Notes under the pieces: generated by a model
Told to the model about the DNA's origin: nothing
Seen by the model: only the letters and a program-made list of their open reading frames with translations
The model's database searches: none
Position numbers and translations under genes: made by a program
Origin: a bacterium
GTDB taxonomy: Bacteria > Patescibacteriota > Patescibacteriia > UBA9934 > GWF2-40-263
NCBI GenBank assembly: GCA_021789915.1
Contig: JAJYIV010000002.1
Span: 613-64,612 of the forward strand
Reading direction: 5' to 3'
Length of the DNA: 64,000 nucleotides
Shown here: positions 9,660-19,051 of the stretch, one piece after another
How positions within the stretch are numbered: position 1 is the first letter of the stretch
How the letters are laid out: each line of letters opens with the position of its first letter

Positions 9660-9797
9660 ATGAACGATTTCGGGACGTGCGAAAACTGCGGTGCGGAAGA
9701 TCAGGAGCTTGACGAGAACGGCCTGTGTCCGGACTGCAGCGCGCAGGGACACACGGAGCGCGGCCCCGACATGGGCGACGAAGAAGAGAGCGCCTAG
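9660..9797 (+). CDS. Small zinc-ribbon protein (45 aa, two CxxC pairs)
   Basis: MNDFGTCENCGAEDQELDENGLCPDCSAQGHTERGPDMGDEEESA; GC3-rich codons; TATAAT at 9625; its stop overlaps the murG stop convergently; below the length cut-off of the ORF track. Confidence 0.4.
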   Translation: MNDFGTCENCGAEDQELDENGLCPDCSAQGHTERGPDMGDEEESA

Positions 9798-10885
9798 CGT
9801 CCGGCCAGGGCGCGCACGCGTTCCGCCAGGCGTTCCGCGGCGCCTCCCGGGAACAGCGCCCCGATCCGTTCGGACAGGCGGCGCTGTTTTTCTTTGTCTC
9901 CGACAAGCGCCGCGACCTGCGCGACGAGCGCGGTCCCGCCGCGCGCCTGCTCCACGGCCACCGCCGCCCCGCGGCGCAGGACGGCGCGCGCGTTTTCCTC
10001 CTGCGGCGAGCGCGGCAGCGGCACGAGCACGCACGGCTTGCGCAGCGCCGAGAGCTCCGCAAGCGTGCCCATGCCGGCGCGCGCGACCACGACGTCGGCA
10101 GCCGCCAAGGCGTCGGCCAAATCGCGGCCAAGGAGCAGCTCCACGGCGGCGTAGCCGGGCCCGGCCGCGCGCAGGCCCTCGGTGACTTTCCCGCGGCCCG
10201 TCACGTGGATGACGTCGGCGACGGCGCGCATGCGCTCCATCCCCGCCTCAAACGCCCGGTTGATCCACGCCGATCCGCCCCCGCCGCCCAGCACGAGCGC
10301 CACCGGACGCGCGCCGGAAAAGCCGTAGCGCGCGCGGGCGGCCGACGCATCGCCGCGCAGGATCGACGGCCGCACGGGCTGGCCGACGACGAGCGTTTTG
10401 TCCTTCGGGAACGCCGCGGCCGTCTCGGGCCACGCGACGGTGATGAGCGACGCGGCGCCCGCACACAGGCGGTTGGACAAGACCGGCCGCACGTCGGGCT
10501 GATGGATCCACGACGGAATCTTGAACCGGCGAGCCAGCAGGACGAACGGCACGCCGGTGAAGCCGCCGGCCGAGGCGACGACGTCCGGCCGTTCGCGGCG
10601 GAGCAGGCGCCACGCGGCGAACAGCGCCGCGGCGGCTTTGAACGGGAACACCAGCCACTCGGCGGACGCGTAGCGCGTCAGGCGCGCCACGGGCACGGCG
10701 TGGAACGGAATGCCCGCCTGCTCCACCAGCGCGCGCTCCGGCCCGCGCGCCGTTCCCGCCCACGCGAACGACGCGTCCGGATCGGACGCGCCATGCCTGT
10801 CGGCAGGCAGGCGCAACGCTTCGGCGACGGCGAGCAGCGGCGTGACGGGACCAAGCGTTCCTCCGCCGGCAAAGAGGATTTTCAT
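9794..10885 (-). CDS. murG: UDP-N-acetylglucosamine--N-acetylmuramyl-(pentapeptide) pyrophosphoryl-undecaprenol N-acetylglucosamine transferase
   Basis: MKILFAGGGTLGPV start, glycine-rich MurG N-terminus and GT28 C-terminal domain. Confidence 0.8.
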   Translation of the reverse strand: MKILFAGGGTLGPVTPLLAVAEALRLPADRHGASDPDASFAWAGTARGPERALVEQAGIPFHAVPVARLTRYASAEWLVFPFKAAAALFAAWRLLRRERPDVVASAGGFTGVPFVLLARRFKIPSWIHQPDVRPVLSNRLCAGAASLITVAWPETAAAFPKDKTLVVGQPVRPSILRGDASAARARYGFSGARPVALVLGGGGGSAWINRAFEAGMERMRAVADVIHVTGRGKVTEGLRAAGPGYAAVELLLGRDLADALAAADVVVARAGMGTLAELSALRKPCVLVPLPRSPQEENARAVLRRGAAVAVEQARGGTALVAQVAALVGDKEKQRRLSERIGALFPGGAAERLAERVRALAGR

Positions 10886-10897
10886 AGCGGTAAGCCA

Positions 10898-10916
10898 ACA
10901 GCCGTCAGCCGTCAGG
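10898..10916. repeat. Heptamer array GCCGTCA x2, left arm of the inverted repeat bracketing the four-helix-bundle gene
   Basis: AGCCGTCAGCCGTCAGG is the reverse complement of CTGACGGCTGACGGC at 11338..11352. Confidence 0.6.
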
Positions 10917-11280
10917 GATTGGCCTTCGGCCTCGAAGAACACAAGACGTTCAACATACGCAAAACTTCATGCAAGAGACAGTCGGCTCGATCGTAATCGA
11001 GTGAACCGGTTCTCGGAAGCCGCCGAGCGATCGAGAGTTGCGTCTGAAGCTCGGCCGCCGAACCGTAAGCGATCGAGAGGAACCTGGCAAACTCATTGTC
11101 GTAGCCGCGCATCTTCCCTTCCGCGATATTCGATGGAATGGAAACCGCTGCTCGTCTCATTTGGCTTGTTAAACCGAATCGTTCGTCCGTCGGGAAAGAG
11201 TCGGTCAAGAGGTAAATCTCAAGGGAAAGATCCATGGCTTTTTGCCAGACAATGAGATCTTCGTATGGTCCTGTCGACAT
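10912..11280 (-). CDS. Four-helix-bundle protein (TIGR02436 / 23S rRNA intervening-sequence protein family)
   Basis: 122 aa, MSTGPYEDLIVWQKAMDLSLEIY... with the AVSIPSNIAEG signature; local GC is lower than surrounding sequence; inserted between murG and ftsW. Confidence 0.75.
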   Translation of the reverse strand: MSTGPYEDLIVWQKAMDLSLEIYLLTDSFPTDERFGLTSQMRRAAVSIPSNIAEGKMRGYDNEFARFLSIAYGSAAELQTQLSIARRLPRTGSLDYDRADCLLHEVLRMLNVLCSSRPKANP

Positions 11281-11322
11281 ATTGGTTCGCATGGTTGGCG
11301 TCAAATACGCGAGACGCTCGTG

Positions 11323-11352
11323 CCTGATGGCTGATGGCTGACGGCTGACGGC
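11323..11352. repeat. Heptamer array (CTGATGG x2, CTGACGG x2), right arm of the inverted repeat bracketing the four-helix-bundle gene
   Basis: seen directly. Confidence 0.6.
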
Positions 11353-11360
11353 CCGCCCCA

Positions 11361-12536
11361 TCACGCTATCTTCCGATGCTTCGAAATGTTCAGCACGACG
11401 CCGATCGCCGAGAGCAGCACCGCCAGCGACGTGCCGCCGTAGGAGACGAACGGCAGCGTAATGCCCGTCATCGGCATGATGGCGAGCATGGAACCGACGT
11501 TCACGAAGGCCTGCACGATGATCCACGCGGCGATGCCGACCACAACGTATTTCGAAAACGCGTCCGGCGCGCGCTTCGCCACCGTCAGCAGGCGCTGGAA
11601 CAGCAGGAGGAACAGGCCGATCAGGACCGCGCAGCCGATCAGGCCGAGCTCCTCGCCGATGACGGCGAAGATCGAGTCGCTGACGGCTTCCGGCAGGTAC
11701 TGGAATTTCTGGCGCGAATGGCCGTAGCCGAGCCCGAAGACGCCTCCGGAACCGATGGCCAAGAGCGCCTGGTTGACGTGATAGCCGATGCCCTGCGGAT
11801 CGAGCTGCGGGTTCAGGAACGTCATCAGGCGCGCGGCGCGGTACGGCGCGATCTTTATGAGCAGCGCCAGGCCGGAGGCGCCGGAAACCACCAGCCCCGC
11901 GATATACGGCAGCGGCGCGCCGGCGACGAAATACACCGCCAGGGCCTGCACGACGACGACGGACATCGTCCCGATGGCCGGTTGCGCGATCAGCAGGAGA
12001 AGGACGGCGCCGAGCGCGACGAGGAAGGGGACGAGGCCCGTGGAAAAACGGCGCATGCCGTCGGCGCCGCGGCGCTCGAGCCAGGCGGCGAGATAAAACA
12101 GAAAGGTCAGCTTGACGATTTCCGACGGCTGGAAGGAAAACCACGGACCGATGGAAATCCAGCTGTGCGCGCCGTTGATGTTGCCGGAGGAAATACCCGG
12201 GACGAAGACGAGCACGAGGAGTCCGAGCGAAGCCGCGAAGATCTTCATGGCGTGCCGGCGCCAGAACGTGTACGGCACGCGGCTGCACGCATACAGGCCG
12301 ATCAGCCCCGGCAGCAGGCCGAACACGAACTGGTGCTTGACGTAATAGGACGCGTCGCCGAACTGGTCGAGCCCCATGCCCGTGCCCGCCGACGCGAGCA
12401 TCAGCAATCCGAAAAGAAGGAGCGCCGCGACCAGGGCGAGCAGGACATAATCGACGCGATGAGGATCTTTCAGCGGCATGAGAACGGAAAGATGCTGAAC
12501 AGGCTCTTGGGCGTTGGCTAATGGCGAACGGCTCAT
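11361..12536 (-). CDS. ftsW: Peptidoglycan glycosyltransferase FtsW/RodA (SEDS family)
   Basis: 391 aa polytopic membrane protein with SEDS conserved blocks. Confidence 0.8.
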   Translation of the reverse strand: MSRSPLANAQEPVQHLSVLMPLKDPHRVDYVLLALVAALLLFGLLMLASAGTGMGLDQFGDASYYVKHQFVFGLLPGLIGLYACSRVPYTFWRRHAMKIFAASLGLLVLVFVPGISSGNINGAHSWISIGPWFSFQPSEIVKLTFLFYLAAWLERRGADGMRRFSTGLVPFLVALGAVLLLLIAQPAIGTMSVVVVQALAVYFVAGAPLPYIAGLVVSGASGLALLIKIAPYRAARLMTFLNPQLDPQGIGYHVNQALLAIGSGGVFGLGYGHSRQKFQYLPEAVSDSIFAVIGEELGLIGCAVLIGLFLLLFQRLLTVAKRAPDAFSKYVVVGIAAWIIVQAFVNVGSMLAIMPMTGITLPFVSYGGTSLAVLLSAIGVVLNISKHRKIA

Positions 12537-12543
12537 GACTTTT

Positions 12544-13602
12544 TCAAATCAGCGCGTCCAGCAGGGCAAGGGCGACGCCCAGCGCCGCGGCGACATACGC
12601 GACGACCCACAGGCGCATGACGATTTGCGGCTCCGGCCAGCCGCGCGCTTCCAAATGATGGTGGAACGGCGCGGACAGGAAGAGCTTGCGCTTGAACAGG
12701 CGCCGCCAGGCAAGCTGGAGCAGCACGGACAGCGATTCCAGCACGAACACGAATCCGATCACCGGCAACAGCAGGGCGGCGTTCGTCAGCATGGCGATGA
12801 CGCCCAGCGTGATGCCGAGCGACATGGATCCCGTATCGCCCATGAAGAAACGCGCCGGGTGGATGTTGAACCACAGGAAGGCGAGCAGGCCGCCGATGAC
12901 GGCGGCGCAGAAGACGGCCAAATCGTATTTGCCCTGCGCGAACGCGATCAAGGCGTAGGCGGCATAGGCGGGAAACAGGACGCCGCCGGCCAGGCCGTCC
13001 AGGCCGTCCGTCTCATTGACGGAGAAGGCCGTCGCGATGAGGACGGCCATGAAGACCGGCACGTACCACCAGCCGATGTCGAAGGTGCCGAAGAACGGCA
13101 CGTGCAGGATGCGCCAATCGAGCTTGACCGTGAACCACCAGGCGCCGACGGCGGCGATGGCCGCGTAAATGAGCAGGCGGTGGCGGGCGCGCAATCCGCC
13201 GCCATGCGCGCCGATGCGGCGGATGTTGAAATAATCGTCCACCAGGCCGACCAGCGCCGAGGCGACGAGGGCGCCGAGCGGCAGCAGCGTCTGCGCGCGC
13301 GTCAGGAAAGACAGCCGCGCGAACGCCGAATCCGGCAGCAGCCAGCCGAGCAGCGCGCACAGGAGGATCACGGCGAGCACCGTTCCCCACACGAGCAGCC
13401 CGCCCATGGTGGGCGTGCCCGCCTTCCTGGCATGCAGCCTGGCATAGACCGGCGTCTCTTCCGCCAGACGGATCGATTTGCCCATCTTGTGCGATTCCAG
13501 CCAATGCAGCAGCGCCGGCGCCCACAGGAACGCCAGCAGGAACGTAAGCGAGGCGATGACCAGAAGGCGGATCAGCTGGAAAGACGCGAGAGGGAGAGTC
13601 AT
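12544..13602 (-). CDS. mraY: Phospho-N-acetylmuramoyl-pentapeptide transferase
   Basis: 352 aa; motifs DDxxN, NxxNxTDGLDGLA, HHHLE typical of MraY. Confidence 0.85.
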   Translation of the reverse strand: MTLPLASFQLIRLLVIASLTFLLAFLWAPALLHWLESHKMGKSIRLAEETPVYARLHARKAGTPTMGGLLVWGTVLAVILLCALLGWLLPDSAFARLSFLTRAQTLLPLGALVASALVGLVDDYFNIRRIGAHGGGLRARHRLLIYAAIAAVGAWWFTVKLDWRILHVPFFGTFDIGWWYVPVFMAVLIATAFSVNETDGLDGLAGGVLFPAYAAYALIAFAQGKYDLAVFCAAVIGGLLAFLWFNIHPARFFMGDTGSMSLGITLGVIAMLTNAALLLPVIGFVFVLESLSVLLQLAWRRLFKRKLFLSAPFHHHLEARGWPEPQIVMRLWVVAYVAAALGVALALLDALI

Positions 13603-13609
13603 ACACGCT

Positions 13610-13713
13610 GAGACCCCTGAAAAACCGATGGGTGTTCGTTGTCCGCCGGAGGCGGATCCGGCTCTGCCGGAAATGGACTGCGGAACCCGCGAGACGAACA
13701 GGCGCGATTTTGC
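13610..13713. ncRNA. Structured element A with 10-bp terminal inverted repeats GAGACCCCTG...CAGAGGTCTC (MITE-like or intercistronic RNA; sits in the mraY leader if transcribed on the minus strand)
   Basis: Shares architecture and conserved single-stranded segments with element B at 24242..24411; internal hairpins CGCC-GGAG-GCGG, CCGGC-UCU-GCCGG and GCGG-AAC-CCGC. Confidence 0.5.
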
Positions 13714-13720
13714 AGAGGTC

Positions 13721-14116
13721 TCACAGGTTAAGCAGCACCATGAAGGTGGACGCGATGAGCAAGACGGTTTCGACGAACACGGTCAGGCCGAGAAAAAACA
13801 AGGCGATGAGGCGCTCGCGGCGGAAGGCCCAGGCGCCCACGGCGACATTCACCGCAAGGACGGCCAAGCCGAAGGCGGCCGGCGTGAAGAGCCGCCACCA
13901 CGGCCCGAACTGGTCCACGCCGAAATAAACCGTGCCGTGCAGCGGCACGTACATGCCCGGCGTCGCGCGCGGAAAGACTTTCCAAAACGGCAGGAAGGCC
14001 GTGAGCGCGACAAGCAGGAGAGAGACGGCGGTCAACCACCGGTAGGCGCGCGAACGGGCGAACAGATCGCGGAGAGAGGCGGCAGCGGCCCCCGACGCGT
14101 GACGGAGCGCGCGCAT
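13721..14116 (-). CDS. Hypothetical membrane protein
   Basis: 131 aa, 3-4 hydrophobic helices. Confidence 0.5.
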   Translation of the reverse strand: MRALRHASGAAAASLRDLFARSRAYRWLTAVSLLLVALTAFLPFWKVFPRATPGMYVPLHGTVYFGVDQFGPWWRLFTPAAFGLAVLAVNVAVGAWAFRRERLIALFFLGLTVFVETVLLIASTFMVLLNL

Positions 14117-14117
14117 A

Positions 14118-14402
14118 CTACTCGGCCGCAGGGATTTTTCGCCCGGCAGGGCCCGGGATGCCGACGTCTTCCGCCGTGGCCGACGCCGTCACTTCCTTCA
14201 CCCACGGCAACGCTTCCTGCAGCGCCATCTCAACGCCCATCCTGAGCGTGATCGCCGACATCGGGCAGCCGTGGCAAGCGCCCTGCAGGCGGACGCGCAC
14301 GACGCCCGTGGATTCGTCGAAATCGACCAGTTCGATGTCGCCGCCGTCCATGCGGAGCGCCGGCCGCACCCGTTTCAAGATTTCCTCGATTCGTTCGCGC
14401 AT
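14118..14402 (-). CDS. NifU-like Fe-S cluster assembly protein (Nfu C-terminal domain)
   Basis: GACHGCPMS CxxC motif; start taken at MRERIEEIL. Confidence 0.65.
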   Translation of the reverse strand: MRERIEEILKRVRPALRMDGGDIELVDFDESTGVVRVRLQGACHGCPMSAITLRMGVEMALQEALPWVKEVTASATAEDVGIPGPAGRKIPAAE

Positions 14403-14482
14403 AGGCGTGCAGAGTATAGCCCGAGGCGGGTCTTTGGCGCAATCAAAACGCCCCGTCTGCATGCAGGCGGGGCGCGTTTTTC

Positions 14483-14761
14483 TTACTTCGTTTCGACGCG
14501 GGCGAAGGTGCGCGTCTGCAGCTTGCCGGCGAAATTCGGCATGCGCTTCTTGGCGAACTTCACGATGCCGTCGACGGCCGCATACAGCGTGTCGTCGCCG
14601 CCTTGGCGCATGTTGGCGCCGGGATGGATCTTGGTGCCGCGCTGGCGCACCACGATCTGGCCGGCCTTGGTGACCTGTCCGTCGGCAATCTTCACGCCCA
14701 GGCGCTGACCATGGGAATCGCGGCCAAGGGTTGTGGAACCTGTCGCTTTTTTGTGAGCCAT
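14483..14761 (-). CDS. rpmA: 50S ribosomal protein L27
   Basis: MAHKKA...[18 protein letters not shown]... diagnostic of L27. Confidence 0.9.
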   Translation of the reverse strand: MAHKKATGSTTLGRDSHGQRLGVKIADGQVTKAGQIVVRQRGTKIHPGANMRQGGDDTLYAAVDGIVKFAKKRMPNFAGKLQTRTFARVETK

Positions 14762-14771
14762 AAAGGAAAGC

Positions 14772-14800
14772 TTTTAGCCATTAGCCTTTAGCCATGAGCC
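14772..14800. repeat. Heptamer tandem array (TTAGCCA/TTAGCCT)
   Basis: GCTTTTAGCCATTAGCCTTTAGCCATGAGCC; same family as arrays at 21876, 26863, 55766 and 59468. Confidence 0.55.
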
Positions 14801-14885
14801 GGAAAAACCGACAGACTGGCAAGCGAATGCGGGCAGTGTAGAGGAAGGACGGCCGGACGTCAAGGCACAACCTTAGAGCACAACC

Positions 14886-16211
14886 TTAGAGCCTGTTCAT
14901 CCGGCAGACGAAGCTCTTCAAATACGCCGCCTCGGGGAAATACACGGACAACGGATGATCCGGGCTCTGACGCACGACCTCGAGCACCTGCAGGTCGACG
15001 CCCGCCTGCACCGACGCGCGGCGCAGCAGGAAGACCAAGTCCTCCTCCGGCAGGAAATGCGAACAGCTGGACGTGATGAAGATGCCGCCGTCCTTCACGA
15101 GCTTGAGCGCGGCGCGGTTCAGGAAATGATAGGCCTTCTTCCCTTCCTCGGCGTCCTTCATCGACTTGATGAGCGCCGGCGGATCCATAACGACGACGTC
15201 GAAAGCGCCGGCAACCCCCTCAGACTCCCCCTTGGCAAGGGGGAGATGGTGCGGGTTGGCGAGCCACTGGAAGACGTCCGCTTTCTCCGTCGCGCAGACC
15301 TCGTCGGACAAGCCGGCCGCCGCCGCCTGCGCGCGCAGCGATGCCAGCGCTTCCTCGGATCCGTCGACGTTCAGGACGGATTTCGCCCCGCCGGCGAAAG
15401 CGGCGAAGGACGTGGCACCGGTGTATGAAAAGAGATTCAGAACCGTCTTCCCTTGCGCGAGCGCGGCGACCCGGTCGCGCAGGTCCTTCTGGTCGAGGAA
15501 GAATCCCGTCTTTTGTCCGTGAAGAGGATCGGCGACGCAACGCCGGCCGTGCTCGAGAAATTCGACTTGACCCAATGCGCGTCCTCCCCTTTCCAAGGGG
15601 AGGCTGCCTGCTGGCCGCTTTTCAGCAGGCGGAGGTGTTGCCGGCGTGTGAATTCTGACGACCGCCTCCAGGTTCTCCTCGCGCCGGCTCGGCATGTCGC
15701 TGCGCTCGACGATCGCGCGCGGCTTGAACGTCTCTTCCAGCGCGGCGACGACGTCGTCACGCAGCGCGTCGAGACCGGCGGTTGCGATCTGGCATACGAG
15801 CACGTCGCCGTAGCGGTCGACGACCAAGCCCGGAATCCCGTCGGACTCGCCGAACACGCAGCGGTAGCCGGTCGTGAACTTCTCCCCCTTTTCAAGGGGG
15901 AGACTCTGCTCCAGAGGGGGTCGAGGGCCGTATCCCATCAAAACCCGTTTCTGGTGCGCATCCGCGATCTTGGCCGCCAGCCAGGCGCGGTCGATGACGG
16001 CCTCTTTGAACGCAAACACGCGCACGGCGATGGACGAGCTGGCGGAGTACGTCCCCGTGCCGATGATGCGCCCCTGGCGGTCCGCGACGTGCACGAGGGC
16101 GCCATGCTCGGGTTTCTTCTGACCGTCGGCCAGCGCGCGCGAAAAAATCCACGGATGGCGGAAGCCGACATTGGCCTCCTTCCCTTCTTTGAGCTTCAGG
16201 ACGGGGTACAT
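14886..16211 (-). CDS. rlmI: 23S rRNA (cytosine-C5)-methyltransferase RlmI (PUA + class I SAM MTase) carrying in-frame repeat insertions
   Basis: MYPVLKLKEGKE... PUA N-terminus and an Ado-Met MTase domain; 442 aa versus about 395 typical; extra segments coincide with repeat copies at 15225, 15583 and 15882. Confidence 0.75.
   Translation of the reverse strand: MYPVLKLKEGKEANVGFRHPWIFSRALADGQKKPEHGALVHVADRQGRIIGTGTYSASSSIAVRVFAFKEAVIDRAWLAAKIADAHQKRVLMGYGPRPPLEQSLPLEKGEKFTTGYRCVFGESDGIPGLVVDRYGDVLVCQIATAGLDALRDDVVAALEETFKPRAIVERSDMPSRREENLEAVVRIHTPATPPPAEKRPAGSLPLERGGRALGQVEFLEHGRRCVADPLHGQKTGFFLDQKDLRDRVAALAQGKTVLNLFSYTGATSFAAFAGGAKSVLNVDGSEEALASLRAQAAAAGLSDEVCATEKADVFQWLANPHHLPLAKGESEGVAGAFDVVVMDPPALIKSMKDAEEGKKAYHFLNRAALKLVKDGGIFITSSCSHFLPEEDLVFLLRRASVQAGVDLQVLEVVRQSPDHPLSVYFPEAAYLKSFVCRMNRL
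15225..15245. repeat. Partial family-P hairpin (CTCCCCCTTGGCAAGGGGGAG) inside rlmI
   Basis: seen directly. Confidence 0.55.
15583..15648. repeat. GC-rich palindromic repeat (family P, forward orientation) in-frame inside rlmI
   Basis: CCTCCCCTTTCCAAGGGGAGG-CTGCCTGCTGGCC-GCTTTTCAGCAGGCGGAGGTGTTGCC; near-identical to 63803..63868. Confidence 0.75.
15882..15922. repeat. Partial family-P hairpin (CTCCCCCTTTTCAAGGGGGAG) inside rlmI
   Basis: seen directly. Confidence 0.55.
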
Positions 16212-16333
16212 AGGAAATTCGTGAAGATAGATGCGCGAGAAGAAAGCGAGTATGACAGAACGCCGCCGTCTTGTCGAGGAGAAGGCCGCGCCAAGAAAAA
16301 GCCCTCGTCCAGCGCTGGACGAGGGAGAGTCTT

Positions 16334-18099
16334 TCAAGTGGCGTTCCCGATGTTGTGCCGGCAGTGATCCGGCAGCATCGGCTGCAGCTTCCTGCGGAAG
16401 GCGGACGGCACGCGCTGCCACAGCAGGCGCGCCGCTTCGGGCTCGGCGGCGAGTCCCCAGAAGAGATCCTTCCATCCGTCGAGGCCGACGCCCTTCACGA
16501 AATCGTCCGGCTGGTCGCGGGTAAGGAACGCGAGCAGCCACGCCAGGAAGCGGAAGTCCCCGCCCCACCGGACGCCGAATCCCGGACCGACGGCCTGTAC
16601 AAGTCGGTGCGGCGTCAGAGATCCGTCGAACGCGCCGGACGCGAACAGCGCGAGGATGCCGTCGCGCAGCGGTTGTTCGCCGGCTTCCCACGCGTGCATC
16701 CAGAACCCGAGATCGAGGCGCTTGTTGTCGGGCCGCAGAATTTCCGGACCGAGATGACGCACCGCCACGTTGAGGCACGCGTGCACATCCGACGGCGGCA
16801 GATCGCTCGCGATGACCGCCGCCCACGGATACTCGTCTCGCATGCGCCGCTTCACGTCCGACGGCCATCGTTCGGCCCCGCCGAGGTATTGGCGCAGCAG
16901 CTTGGGCGGCAGTCGCAGCAGCACGTTCGCGTCCGCCGTCGCGACGACCAGGTCGGCGATCGTGCGCGACGCGCCGACGCCGTGGACGAAGATCCAGGCC
17001 GACCACGTGCGCAGCACTTCCTCTTCGCCCACGTCGATGTCGTCGCTCGCGAGAAACCGCGCCTTCACGGCGTCCACGAACGCGAGGAACGACTCCCTGG
17101 CGAACGCGACGAACGCGTCTTCGTCGCGCGAATCGTCCAACGGAACCTTGTCAAAGATGCGCTCCGGTTCCATGCACACGGTCGACAGCCGCAGCCATCG
17201 GCGCAGCGCGTCGACGGCCGCCGGCAATCGGCGCGCCACGGCCTGCGGCTCGAAGAACGTCCGCTCGACCAGATCCTTGAGCGCCAGCGGCTCGACCTGG
17301 AAGTTCAAATCCATGAAGCGGTCGAGGGACGTGCCGAGCCCGCCCGACACCGGGAGGAACAACGCATCCGGAAGCGTGAGCGCCCGGACGAAGTAGCTGC
17401 GGACGAACAGGTCCAGCAAGCCGCCGTGCGGGCACGGCGCGTCGACAGCCGGACGCCGGAACAGCCGGCGGACGTACACGTTGATGATGTCGTCGCCGCT
17501 GAACCAGCCTCGGATCGGGAACTGCTCCGCCGCCCGGCGCAGCAGCCGTTCGTTCTCGTCGCACGAAGCGACAGCGGCCAGGTACGCGGCGCGATCGGAC
17601 GGCGCGGACGCGCCGCGCGCGAGCGAGGCCAGCGCCTGCTCGCGCCCGACGCTCAGAAGCCCGAAGGCCGAGCCGCTGAGTACGACGACGTTCCGCCGCG
17701 ACAGGGACGCGGCGCGCACGGCGAGCTCCGAAAGGAGCGCGGCGCCGACACCGTACATCTCGAACAGCGACGCGGCACGCAGCATCACGACCGCGGCGTC
17801 CGCGTCGCCCTCCGCCGCTTCTTCGAGGCCGAGCGACAGGCACGCGCCGACGCGTTCCATGGCGGCGCGCCGGCCGTCCGGCTGCAGGAGATCGAGCTTC
17901 CGCTCGGCCGCCGCCTGAACAAGGCAGGCCTGCACGGCGTCCGCATCCGCGTCGCGCGCGGCGAGCTCCGCGTCCTGCCGGGCCCGCGCGTACGCGGCGC
18001 GGAAGAACGCGGAGGCGGTGCCCGGCTCTCGGCATTCGGCGCTCGGCGCGCGGAACGACCGCGCGAGCGCGCCTCCCGCTTGAACAATCGCCGTGTTCA
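16334..18099 (-). CDS. Hypothetical protein (about 588 aa), GTG start overlapping the upstream stop (GTGA)
   Basis: Long GC3-rich ORF; no motif recognised; N-terminal third Ala-rich and helical; the listed 736-aa ORF is an upstream over-extension. Confidence 0.5.
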
Positions 18100-18939
18100 C
18101 GGCCGCTCCTTCTCCGCGACGACCGCCTGCGCACGCAGCCGCTCGATGAGCGACTTCGCACTGACGGCGCTCGTGCGCGTCTTCGCTTCCTCCTGCGTCC
18201 GGCGCAGCAGCGCGGCGGCGCCCTCGGTCACCTCGACCGTCGCCGGGTGCGCGTCGAGCCAGTCGAACCGCTCTTCGAGCACGTGCAACGCGAGCGTCTG
18301 CCGATCGCCGGTGTTCATCCAGTAGACCACGGCGGAAGCGGCATTGAACGCCGCGGCGGCGATCTGCGTCACCCGCTCTTCCGCGTCTTCCGCGTCCAGC
18401 AAGGCGAGCGCCCAGTACTCGGCAGGCATCGCCTCGAGCGCCGCGCGCTTCCACGCGGCGTCGTTGCCGCTGTCCAGGACGGCGACGAGACGCTCGTACG
18501 CCTCGCTCGCGCGCACCTGGCACGGAAAGTTGCGGACGCCCCACAGCGTCACGGACGTCCCGACTGGATTGAAGTGGAGCGGGACGAGCCGGTTCCCCAG
18601 CGTCTTCACGAGCCCGCGCGCCTTGAGCGCCGCGTACTCCGCCGCCGACAGCTCGAAGTACCCGCCGTCCGCCAGCTCGTCGCCAAACCGGCCGAAGACC
18701 GGATCGAACACGTGCGCATCGCGCCGCAACACCTCTGGCACCTGCCCGGTCGCAAGCGCGGCGATGACGGCGCTGCGCGCGCTGCGCGTCGGCAGCGTCA
18801 GGAGCGCGGCGGCGACCTGCACGGCCGGCAGCGACGCGACGGCCGCCAAGCCTTGCGGCGTGTCGAGCCGAACGATCGAAACCGGCACGCCCGCCGGACG
18901 CGCGAGAGCTTCCGTCTGGTTTTGAAGGGTCTCACCCAT
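18097..18939 (-). CDS. Hypothetical protein (about 280 aa)
   Basis: Start MGETLQNQ preceded by GGAGGAAG SD; translationally coupled to the downstream 588-aa gene. Confidence 0.5.
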   Translation of the reverse strand: MGETLQNQTEALARPAGVPVSIVRLDTPQGLAAVASLPAVQVAAALLTLPTRSARSAVIAALATGQVPEVLRRDAHVFDPVFGRFGDELADGGYFELSAAEYAALKARGLVKTLGNRLVPLHFNPVGTSVTLWGVRNFPCQVRASEAYERLVAVLDSGNDAAWKRAALEAMPAEYWALALLDAEDAEERVTQIAAAAFNAASAVVYWMNTGDRQTLALHVLEERFDWLDAHPATVEVTEGAAALLRRTQEEAKTRTSAVSAKSLIERLRAQAVVAEKERP

Positions 18940-19051
18940 CTGTCTTCCTCCGAGGAAGCCTGGGCACCCGGGAATCGGATGCGCAGGCGGCCGAAGGAAG
19001 ACGGCGGACCATAACAATAAAACCGCCGCGTGTCAATCAAAAGCCGTCCGC

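Noticed and set aside
10912-11280. Four-helix-bundle gene as the Avd component of a diversity-generating retroelement
   Set aside because: No reverse transcriptase gene and no template/variable repeat pair within the window. The flanking repeats are heptamer arrays, not TR/VR.
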